From Mobula hypostoma (taxonomy: Eukaryota), in assembly GCF_963921235.1 (NCBI RefSeq), contig NC_086101.1, forward strand, positions 12,030,001-12,094,000: DNA of 64,000 nt. Direction: 5' to 3'. Made by a program: the position numbers and the translations under genes. The first letter of the stretch is position 1; every line of letters starts with the position of its first letter. The notes under the pieces were generated by a model. That model was given only the letters and a program-made list of their open reading frames with translations. It did not search any database and was not told where the DNA came from. Below are positions 37,901-49,900 of this stretch, one piece after another.

Positions 37901-40900
37901 TATATATAGGTTAAATGCATGAAGGCTTTTTCCACTGGAACTAGAGATGATGGGTTAAAGGTGAAAGGTGAAATGTTTAAGGGGAATATGATAGGGACCG
38001 TCTGCACTCAAGATGGTGGGAGTGTAGAACGAGCTGCCAGTGCAAGTGTTGGATGCAGGGTCAATTTCAATGTTTAAGGTAAATTTGGATAGGTACATGG
38101 ATGGGCTGGGTGTAGTCTGGGTGCAGGTCGATGGGAGTAGGCAGACTGATGGCTCGGCACGGACTAGATGAGTCAAAAGGCTTGTTTCTGTTCCCTGACT
38201 GTGACTGCAAAACACAATCAGTGACAAGTCTGCGGTAGTGCCAGAGGTTGTGCATTGCTGAAGTGGGGTGAGGCTCGTGCAGGTCAGCAGGAACCCTGAT
38301 GCCTGCAGGAAAGTAGCACACACAAAATGCCGTAGGAACTCGGGCATTGTCTGTGGCAGGGAATTAACGGTCAACGTTTCAAGCCAAACTGAGAAGGAAG
38401 GGAGCAGAAGCCGGAGTAGGAAGGTGGGGAGGAAAAGATTACAAGCTGGCAGGCGACAGGTGAAACCAGATGAGGGGAAGCTGGGTGGGTGGGAGAGGGA
38501 GGGATGAAGGAAGAAGCTGACCCTGGCAGCGTGGAACTTCAAGCTTCTGTACCTCTAGTGAGGTGGTGGCAGCAAGAACAGGGCTTGACCCAGATGGTAA
38601 TCCGGTGTCCGCTGGCAAATGGTGTCAGTGGTGCAGGGGGTTGTGCAGTCTATTGCATTCCTGCAAGTTGTCGGAATTGCAGTGCTGGGCCACAATGCAG
38701 CCAGCTGGGGTACTTGCTACCGTGCACCGGTCGAAGTTTTGTTGCTCTGGGTTTCCAGTGTCTGCACTCCCTTGTGTCTTCTGTCTCAGGTGGCCGAGGA
38801 GCAGCGAGTGATAGTCAGCAAGTGCAGGAGGAGAGTGACACGGTGCTGCTGGTGACCGAGGCTGCTGACGCTGGTGCATCATCGCAGGAGTGTCCAGCGG
38901 GACCCCAGGAGCAAGAGCGAAGGGGACCCGAGGATGAGGAGTGCTGGGCCATTGAGGAGACCCAGCGGTTTTTCACCCACGAGAGAGCTGTGGAGGAGGA
39001 GAAGGAGCAAGTGGAGGAGCCAGAAGAAACCCTCACACCTCCGCAGGAGCGACCTCCCGCCTTGTGTGCCGGGGATCGCCCAACCCTCGGGCCAGCAGAC
39101 AGCCCACCGGGAACCGGGGCAGGGGGCAGCATAGAGCCACCGGCAGCAGAGCTTGAGGGTAGTGGGGAGGCAGAGCACGGCAGGCAAGAGGAAGAGGAGC
39201 CTCGGATCTCACCAGAGCACGGAGGCCAGGGGGAAGCAGCCAATGCCAAACCTGAGGAAAGCACCCAGGCCACACCAGCGGTGGGCCAGGCCGGCGGGAG
39301 ACGCAGCAGGGCGAAGCCAAGAGCCGCAGACCGTAAGGCCGGTGGCAAGCGTCGGAAGGAGCAGCCCATCACCGGTGAACAGAGCTCGGAGAATGACAAG
39401 GAAACAAGCCAGGGAGCCATCGAGAACGGCCCACAACTGAGCACTGAGGAGGCGGCTGGAACGCCACTGGCCAAAGGGACACCAGCCAGGCCGAGGAGAG
39501 GCAAGGGCAGGCAGAAGACCTCCTCTCAATCCGCCACCGATGAGCAACCTTGCCCCCCGGATGAGAGCCCCTGCAGTCCCCCTCAGCGTAAGGGCAGGTG
39601 GCGGTCAGTGGCTGCCCCGCGGGAAGTCACCCAGCCAGCTGAGAGCCCACCAGAGCCACAGCACACCACCAGAGGCAAGAGGACACGGGTGAGTGGCTTC
39701 CATCTGCTTTATTGTTATCCCATGCCCTGGAACACAGTGGGAAGCTTTCAGCTTACGTGCCATCAAAGACAAGTGTATTCCATCGAATACTGAAAGGGCT
39801 AGGTAGATATGCAGAGGATGTTTCCTGTAGTGGGATAAGCTACAGGGCACAGCCTCAGAAAACAAGGACATCCCTTCAGAACAGAAGGACTTCCCTATAG
39901 AATGGAGATGAGGAAGAATTTCTATATCCAAAGGGTGGTGAATCTGTGGAATTCATTACCACAGACAGCTGAGGACTCCAAGTTATCAGGTATATTTAAA
40001 GTGGAGGTTGGTAGGTACCCGATTAGAAGGCAGAGAATGGGGTTTAAGGAAAAATAAATCAGCCATTATCAAAGCGTGAGTAGATTTGATGGGCCAAATG
40101 GCCCTATTCTGCTCCTATATCTTATGGTTCTTGTTATTGTCACCTGCACAAGTCCAAGTAAACACGGACATACTCAGCAAATCTAGAGACTAGTAACTAT
40201 AACAGGATCAGTGAAAGATCAACCAGAGTGCAGGGGACAAACTGTGCAAATGCAAATATAAATAGATAGCAATCACTAATGAGATAGTGTCCTTCAAGAG
40301 AGATCACTGCAAACAACAAAAAAGTGAAAATATCATGCACAAAACCCGAGGGCAGCATCCCCAAAGGGGAAGCCGCAGCCACAGAGGCAGTTCAGCTGTA
40401 CTCACACCTACCCGATGGTAGTAACGAGAAGAGAGGGAGACGAGCCAGGAGCCAGACACAGACAGATGGGAAGGGTTCGGGGGTGCGGGGGCGGGGGGGC
40501 GTCCTCGCTAATTGCAGAACACTGGTTCATCCTCCACCCTCGGCCTCAATGCCTGAATCTTTGTAATCAGGCCTGACATCAGATTAAACAAATTAAACAT
40601 AAAACGTACAAGATGGTTGGTGCCTCCCTGGTGCTGACAGTGAAGTGTGTTAACACCATCGGGGAAAGGGGGAGATACGTCAAAGACAAGCTACCTCAGC
40701 TTCAGCAGTACACAGTTTACAGACCCTTATAGCTTACAGTTGTGTCCTTTGTGTTTTGGCAGAGTACGCAGCAGACAGAGTTGCCCTCAGGCCGTTCGCG
40801 GCGCTCGAAGGCAGCGAGTCAAGTCGACAGTGAGAAAGAAGCTGACACACCGCCGCAGACCAAAGCCCGCCGGCAGAAACCTCAGCCCTCCCCGTCATCG

Positions 40901-43900
40901 TCCTCAGTCCCCGTCGCTGAGAATGTCACTCTGCCCAAGGTAAGTATCAGCTGGGGGATGTGGCCCCTTGCAGGCGTTAAAATTAGTGTGGTCAAAATCC
41001 CTGAGAAAACCTCCAAGCCTCAGATCAGGTTTTATTGTCACTGACATATGTCATGAAATTTGTAGTTTGGAGCAGCACCCCAAATGAACTGTGAGTTACA
41101 ATAATAAATATAAACGGTAAGTAAATAATGCAAAGTAATGATGAGGTGTTCATGGTCTGTTCAGAAATCTGATTGGTGAGGAGAAGAAGCTGTATGTTTT
41201 CAGGCTCCTGTACTTCCTTTGCGATGGTAGTAATGTGAAGAGGACCTTAATGATGGATTCTGCCTTACCGAGGCATCGCCTACTGAAGATGGCCTCGATG
41301 GTGGGGAGGTAGTGCCCATGGTGGGACTGGCTGAGTGTACAAGCTCTGCAGCTTTTTTCAATCCTGTGCAGTGGTGCCTCTTCCTAAACAGTAGATATAG
41401 CAGGTTTGGTACGTGTGTGATGGAACTGTAAGTACAGAGCAGTGTCACAGCCTGGTCAGGGGAAGTGAGCTTCAGAATGGGGGAGTAATCGTTATGTTGT
41501 TGGACAGTCGGTTATTGTTAGTTATCGGTTGTTGAGCCGGCATTCTCCTCTGTACCTTGCGAGACACAAGAAGCTGGAATCGGGAGGAACACGTCCTGAT
41601 TGTTTTCCTGGTTCCTTTCTTCCTACACTTTCTGCTTGACCAGCAAAGTGAACAAAAGACATTCTGCATATGCTGGAAATCCAGAACAATGCACACACAA
41701 TGCTAGAGGAACTCAGCCGGTCAGGCAGCATGTATGGAGGGGAGTAAAAGTTCGACAGTTTGGGCTGAGACCCTTTAACAGCACTCTCCCCTCTGGTCAG
41801 GAGGTTCTATCCTATTTCAGGGAATGGAGTCCCAGAGCTTGGTGGATACAGAACTATTGGGAATAATTGGTTTGTTATTAAAGGGTAGACTATTTTCTAA
41901 AGGAAGATAAAATTCGGAAATCTGAGAAGCAAAGGGACTTTGGAGTCCTTGTGTAGTATTCCCTAAAGGTTAATTTGCAGGTTGTGTCGGTGCTGAGGAA
42001 GGCAAATGTGATGTTAGTATTCATTTCAAGTGGACTAGAATATAAAAGCAAGGATGTAATGTTGAGGCTTTATAAGGCACTGGTGAGGCCTCATTTTAGT
42101 ATTGTGACCAGCTTTGTGTCCCTTATCTTGGAGAAGATTCGAAGGGGGTTCACAGAAATGATTCCAGGGTTGAACGGCTTGTCATATGAAGAGCGTTTGA
42201 TGGCTCAGGACCTGTATTCACAAGAATGAGGAGTGATCTAATAGAAATTATCCTTTTCTGGCTGGCTGCTGGTTACCAGTGGAGTTCCCCAGGGGTCGGT
42301 GTTGGGACCACTGCTTTTTACGATATATGTCAATGATTTGGACTATGGGATTAATGGATTTGTGGCTAAATTTGTCAATGATACAAAGATAGGTGGTGGA
42401 GCGGGTAGTGTTGAGGAAACAGAGAGCCTGCAGAGAGAGAGACTTAGATAGTTTAGGGAAATGGGCAAAGAGGTGGCAAATGAAATACAATGTTGGAAAG
42501 TGTATGGTCATGCACTTTGGTGGATGAAATAAATGGGCAGACTATTATTTAGATGGAGAGAGAATTCTAAGCGCAGAGACGCAAAGGGACTTGGGAGCCC
42601 TTGTGCAGGATACCCTAAAGGTTAACCTCCAGGCTGAGTTGGTGGTGAAGAAGGCAAATGCAATGTTGGCATTCATTCCTAGAGGTATAGATTATAAGCG
42701 TAGGGAGTAGGCACTCGTGAGACCTCACTTGGACTATTATGTGCAGTTTTGGGACCCTTATTTTAGAAAGAATATAGTGACATTGGAGAGGGTTCAGAGA
42801 AGATTCACCAGAATTATTCCAGGACTGAAAGGGTTACTGTATGAGGAACATCTGGCAGCTCTTGGGTTGTATTCCATGGAGTTCAGGAGAATGAGGGGGG
42901 ATCTCATAGAAATATTCCGAATGTTAAAAAGCCTGAACTGAATAGATATGGCAAAGTTATTTCCCATGGTAGGGGAGTCTAGGACAAGAAAGCACGACTT
43001 CAGGAATGAAGGGCATCCAGTTAGAACAGAGATGCGGGGAAATTACTTTAGTCAGCGGGTGGTAAATCTGTGGAATTTGTTGCCACGAGCGGCTGTGGAG
43101 GCCAAGTTATTGGGTGTATTTAACGGTCTTGTTTAGATGGGTACGGTCTTGTTTAGCCAGGACATCAAAGGGTATGGGGAGAAGGCAGGAGAGTGGGGAT
43201 GACTGGAAGAATTAGATCAGCTGGGGGAATCCTCACTGACACTGAGTAGTGTGCAGAACACTGGTTCATCCTCCACCCTCGGCCTCAATGCCTGAATCTT
43301 TGTAATCAGGCCTGACATCAGATTAAACAAATTAAACATAAAACGTACAAGATGGTTGGTGCCTCTCCAGTGCTGAGAGTGAAGTGTGTTAACACCATCG
43401 GGGAAAGGGGGAGGTATCTCAAAGACAAGCTACCTCAGCTTCAGCAGTACACAGCTTACAGACCCTCATAGCTTACAGTTGCGTCCTTGGTGTTTTGGCA
43501 GAGTACGCAGCAGACAGAGTTGCCCTCAGGCCGTTCGCGGCGCTCGAAGGCGGCGAGTCAAGTCAACAGTGAGAAAGAAGCTGACACACCGCTGCAGACC
43601 AAAGCCCGCCGGCAGAAATCTCAGCCCTCCCCGTCATCGTCCTCGGTCCCCGTCGCTGAGAATGTCACTCTGCCCAAGGTAAGTATCAGCTGGGGGATGT
43701 GACCCCTTGCAGGCATTAAAATTAGTGTGGTCAAAATCCCTGAGAAAACCTCCAAGCCTCAGATCAGGTTTATTGTCACTGACATAGGTCATGAAATTTG
43801 TAGTTTGGAGCAGCACCCCAAATGTACTGTGAGTTACAATAATAAATATAAAAGGTAAGTAAATAATGCAAAGTAATGATGAGGTGTTCATGGTCTGTTC

Positions 43901-46900
43901 AGAAATCTGATTGGTGAGGGGAAGAAGCTGTTCCTAAAACACTGAATGTGTGCTTTCATGGACAGTCAGTTATTGTTAGTTATCATCGGTTGTTGACCCG
44001 GCATTCTCCTCTGTACCTTGCGAGACACAAGAAGCTGGAATCAGGAGGAACACGTCCTGATTGTTTTCCTGGTTCCTTTCTCCCTACACTTTCTGCTTGA
44101 CCAGCAAAATGAACAAAAGACATTCTGCAGATGCTGGAAATCCAGAACAACACACACATAATGCTGGAGGAACTCAGCCGGTCAGGCAGCATGTATGGGG
44201 AGGAGTAAAAGTTCCAACAGTTTGAGCTGAGACACTTTAACAGGACTCTCCCCTCTGGTCCACAGGTTTTATCCTATTTCTGGGAATGGACTCCCGGAGC
44301 ATGGTGGATACAGAACTATTGGGAATAACTGGTTTGTTATTGTCACATGTACCGAATACAGTGAAAAACATTTGTTTGCCTGCAATCCAAACAGATTATT
44401 CCACACATAATACATCGAGGTGGTACAAATAACAATGAAGAGTACCTTCTGAATTAATCCTGATGAAGGGTCTGGGCCCAATATGTCGACTGTTTATTCA
44501 CTTCCAGAGATGCTACCTGACCTGCTGATTTCCTCCAGCATTTTGTGTGTTACTGAGAACATTTTGTGTCTGTGTTATTGTTCCCACCTTTTGTAAAGTG
44601 ATGTAGCTAGTTATCACATACTTGTGTCCAACAAGCCCGCTCGGGTCCATCAGCACCCATTTACTCTAGAGTACAGCCTAGAAACAGGCCAGCTAAAATG
44701 CAAATCAAAAACACCCACACACTAATCCCGCCTATATTGCTCCATCTTCCATGTCTATATCCCTCCATCTTCCTTACATCATGTGCCTATTCAAACGTTT
44801 CTTTAAAGCCTCTCATGTATTTGTCTCTACCACCATACCAGGCTGTGCATTCCAGGCATCCATGACCCCCTGAGTAAAATACTTACCCCTCAAATCCCTC
44901 TTAAACCTACCCTCTCTCATCTTCAATGCATGCCCTCTGGTATTAGACATTTCTACCCTGGGAAACAGATACTCTCTGTCCACCCTATCTGTGCCTCTCC
45001 TAATCTTTTAAACCTCTATCAGATCTCCCCTCAGCCTCCGATGCACCAGAGAATACACCCCAAGCTTAGCCAACCTCTCGTGATAGCACATGCCCTCTAA
45101 ACCAGGCAGCATCCTGGTGAACCTCTTCTGCGGCCTCTCCAAAGCCTCAACGTCCTTCTGTTGTGGAACAACCTGAACTGTGTGCAGTACTTCAGATGTG
45201 GCCTAGCCAGACTTCCATAAAGTTGCAAAATAACCTCCTAATTTTGAACTCAATGCCTCAATTAATAAAAGCAAGCATTTCATAAACCTCCTTAACCACC
45301 TTATCGACCTGTGCGGCCACTTCCAAGGAACTGTGAACTTGGATCCCAAGATCTCTCTGCTCATCAACATTGTTAAGGATCTTGAACTCAACAGTATTCT
45401 GTCTCCTTGCATTTGCCCTACGGAGGTTTTGCAATACCTCACATTTATCTGGGTTAAACTCCATGTCTTTCCTCAGTCCATTTCTGCAACTGATCTATAT
45501 TGTGCTGTATTCTTTGCCAGTCTTCTACACTGTCCACAGCTCCACCAGTCTAGGTATCATCCACAAATTTACTAACCCACCCATCTACATTTTTATCCAG
45601 GGCACTGATATAAATCACAAACAGCAGAAATCCCAGCACGGATCGCCGCAGAACTCCACTGATTACAGACCTCCAGCCCGAATAAGTCGCTTGAGATTAA
45701 TTTTGCTAATGGCATACTCAACAAATCTAGTAATTAAACCAGGATCTAGTAACTATAACAGGATCAACTAGACAACGGGGTGACCGGTTGCGGCACCCTT
45801 TGAGAGAAGGGTAGTGCAGCCTGATGTGACCAGAATGAACATTAAATTTTCCTGAATGCTATTGGTGTCGCTTTGCTTTGGAAACTGAAGTGGAAACCTC
45901 AGTTTATTAAAGAAGAACGACGCGTAGCAAAGCAAATATAGCTCCTCCTCATTTAACAAAGGACACTTTTGATGGCATCATTTCTGGTTTACCTGCCACC
46001 CTCGTGCCTCTCGTTCTCATTCTGGAGACTTGCAGTTCATTCATCCCTTGTCTCTTCATCTCTTCTGCTGTCTGTTCTTTGTCCCTGATCCTGGAGACGT
46101 GCATTTATCAGCTCTTTTGTCTCTTCCTCTCTCCTCCTTCTGTGCCTGTTTTTGTCATTCTGGAGACGTGCAGCCCTTTCATCCCCTGTCTCTTCTTCTC
46201 TCATCTTTTTTGTCCTGACTCTTTGATCCTGGAGTTGTGCGGCCCTGGCCTCATCCGATTCTTGTTCACTCCCTCTCCTTGTCACATCCTGACATCGCTT
46301 GGCGTCATCTCTTGATCATAATGTCCCCCTCCCCTTTCCACGCGGCATAATTAGGCTGACCTTTTTTTTTACCCTAATGCTGGATAGAAGATACGAAGCA
46401 ATAACACCAAAGGATGCGGATTATTCTTGATGATGTGGTTGGCGCTCTTCAAGTGGAAGTGATATAGTCACCGCTGTCCTTTGATTGCAGCAAAGGGTTT
46501 TACGGGTGTCTCAAAGTACGTCATTACAATAAGATTTAATTATCTCTTATTGATGGGTCTCAGTTAGATCTGTCCCAATCCTGCACATGCTGATGGTGAT
46601 TAGCAGAATGTGACTGCTCGAGATAGAGCTGCCCTGCCCTTTTGCTCCGGTAGGTGTCGCTGCTGAGGCTGGCCGTGCGCTTGTGTCGGGCTGTCGCGTC
46701 CCGATTTCCATGATGGCGGATCGGCTCTCGGGTTAAAAGGGAGCCTGTTGATTTTTGCGAATGAGCAATTTTATTCGAATACATAACCCTGAATTTTGCC
46801 TGCATTCTGTAAGTTAGCGCATTTTAATTCGATTTAGCCAAAATAAGTGCCGCTGTAATGCACCGTTGGCGCTAATTGGAGGTCACAAGCAGACAGAGCA

Positions 46901-49900
46901 TGAGAGCTTTAGTAGTATATAGATAGATGAAAGATCAGACAGAGTGCAGAAGACAAAGTGCGCAAATGCAAATATAAATAAATAGCAATAAATAACGAGA
47001 ACATGAGATAGAGTCCTTCAAGTCCTTCGAGATCACTGCAAACAACAAAAAAAGTGAACAAATCGTGCACAGAGCCCGAGGGCAGTGTCCCCGAAAGTGA
47101 AACCACAGCCACGGAGGCAGCACGGAGCCAAGACAAGCGCAGCTGGTCAAGACTCCTGCACCTCACACCCGATGGTAGTAACAAGAAGAGAGGGAGACGA
47201 GCCAGGCGCAGACAGATGGGAAGGGCTCGGGGGGTGGGGGGGGAATCCTCACTGATTGCAGAACACTGGTTCATCCTCCACCCTCAGCCTCGATGCGTGA
47301 ATCTTTGTCATCTATCTTGACATCAGAATAAACAAATCAAACGTAAGATGTACAGGATAGAGGATGCCTCCCTGGTGCTGAGACAAGCTATCTCAACTGC
47401 AGCAGCACACCAGCATACAGACCCATAAAAGCAGTTGCGTCCTTTGTGTTTTGGCAGAGTACGCAGCAGACAGAGTTGCCCTCAGGCCGTTCACGGCGCT
47501 CGAGGGCGGCGAGTCAAGTCAACAGTGAGAAAGAAGCTGACACACCGCCGCAGATCAAAACCCGCCGGCAGAAATCTCAGCCCTCCCCTTCATCGTCCTT
47601 GGCCCCCGTTGCGGAGAATGTCACTCTGCCCAAGGTAAGTATCAGCTGGGGGATGTGGCCCCTTGCAGGCGTTAAAATTAGTGTGGTCAAAATCCCTGAG
47701 AAAACCTCCAAGCCTCAGATCAGGTTTATTGTCACTGACATATGTCATGAAATTTGTAGTTTGGAGCAGCACCCTAAATGTACTGTAAGTTACAATAATA
47801 AATATAAAAGGTAAGTAAATAATGCAAAGTAATGATGAGGTGTTCATGGTCTGTTCAGAAATCTGATTGGTGAGGGGAGGAAGCTGTTCCTAAAAAGTTG
47901 TTTGTGGCTCCTCAGGCTCCTGTGCCTCCTCCCTGAGAAGAGAGCGTGTCCCGAGTGGTGAGGGCCCCTAATGACAGATTCTGCCTTACCGAGGCATCGC
48001 CTACTGAAGATGGCCTGGATGGTGGGGAGGTAGTGCCCATGGTGGGACTGGCTGAGTGTACAAGCTCTGCAGCTTTTTTCAGTCCTGTGCAGTGGTGCCT
48101 CTTCCTAAACAGTAGATATAGCAGGTTTGGTACGTGTGTGATGGAACTGTAAGTACAGAGCAGTGTCACAGCCTGGTCAGGGGAAGTGAGCTTCAGAATG
48201 GGGGAGTAATCGTTATGTTGTTGGACAGTCGGTTATTGTTAGTTATCATCGGTTGTTGAGCCGGCATTCTCCTCTGTACCTTGCGAGACACAAGAAGCTG
48301 GAATCGGGAGGAAAACACATCTTGATTGTTTTCCTGGTTCCTTTCTTCCTACACTTTCTGCTTGACTAGCAAAATGAACAAAAGACGTTCTGCATATGCT
48401 GGAAATCCAGAACAATGCACACACAATGCTGGAGGAACTCAGCCGGTCAGGCAGCATGTATGGAGGGGAGTAGAAGTTCGACAGTTTGGGCCGAGACCCT
48501 TTAACAGGACTCGTCCTCTCTGGTCAGGAGGTTCTATCCTATTTCAGGGAATGGAGTCCTAGAGCATGGTGGATACAGAACTATTGGGAATAATTGGTTT
48601 GTTATTAAAGGGTATACTATTTTCTAAATGGAGATAAAATTCGGAAATCTGAGAAGCAAAGGGACTTTGGAGTCCTTGTGTAGGATTCCCTAAAGGTTAA
48701 TTTGCAGTTTGAGTCGGTGGCGAGGAAGGCAAATGCCGTGTTAGTATTCATTTCAAGAGGACTAGAATATAAAAGCGAGGATGTAATGTTGAGGCTGTAT
48801 AAGGCACTTGTGAGGCCTCTTTGGAGTATTGTGAGCAGTAGAAAGAATGTACTGACACTGGAGGGGATTCAAAGGAGGTTCACAAAAATGATTCCAGGAT
48901 TGAACGGTTTGTCATATGAAGAGTGTTTGATGGCTCTGGACCTGTATTCATGAGGATTCAGAAGAATGAGGATTGATCTAATTGAAACCTATTGAATGGT
49001 GAAAGGCCTTGATAGAGTGGACATGGAGAGGATGTTTCCTATGGTGGCTGAGTCTAGGACCAAAGGATACAGGCTCAGAATAGAAAGGCATCCTTTTAGA
49101 ATAGAGATGAGGAGGAATTTCTTTCGCCAGAGAGTGGTAAATCTGTAGAATTTGTTGCCACAGGCAACTGCAGAGGCCAAGTCTTTATGTATATTTAAGG
49201 CAGAGGTTGCAAAATTTTTGATTGGTCTGGACATGGAGAGATACGGGGAGAAGGCAGAAGATTGGGGCTAAGGGGAAAATTGGATCTGCCATGATAAAAT
49301 GGCCAAGCAGACTCGATGGGCCAAATGGCCTAATTCTGCTCCCTTATATTAGGTCACATGTACCGAATACAGTGAAAAGGTTTGTGTGCAATCCAAACAG
49401 AGCATTCCACACACAAATACCATCGAGGTAGTACAAAAAAAACCCAATAACAGCGCACGATACCTTCTGATTAAGTCCTGATGGAAGTTCTCAGCCCAAT
49501 ACATCAACTGTTTATTCCCCTCCATAGATGCTACCTGACCTCCTGAGTTCCTCCAGCATTGTGTGTATGTGTCACTGAAGACTTCCCGCAGGTTGATTCT
49601 TGCTGCTTCGTATATTGCTAGGTTGTAGATCACCATCAACATCTTCCCAGCGTTTGTAAAGTGACGTAGCTGGTTATCCGTACTCGAGTCCAGCAAGCAC
49701 CCATTCACTCCAATCACATCTTATTCTCTCCACTGCATTTCCACCACCCTCCCTGCACCTCCGCCCAACAGATTCGACCAGTCACGAGGGCAATCTCCAT
49801 CAGCCAGTTAACCTACCGAGAGGTGGGAGGAGCTGGGGGGTTGCGGATACTGTTTGTGGTGGTAGGAACTGAATTAGGTCCAGGAGCAATGGCTCCTGGA

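Larger units (their letters stand above)
40165..49720 (+). repeat. Tandem segmental triplication, units about 40165-42245, 43222-44660 and 45710-49720
   Basis: The exon and hundreds of bases of flanking intron are repeated three times at high identity. Confidence 0.92.

Noticed and set aside
38489..38789. First 100 aa of the 434-aa ORF as coding sequence
   Set aside because: It lies upstream of a strong acceptor at 38789, starts within repeat-derived sequence and has a different composition; this is intronic read-through. The same applies to residues after the 39688 donor.
38815..39547. Long minus-strand ORFs (229 aa and others)
   Set aside because: Antisense shadows of the GC-rich MDC1 exon.
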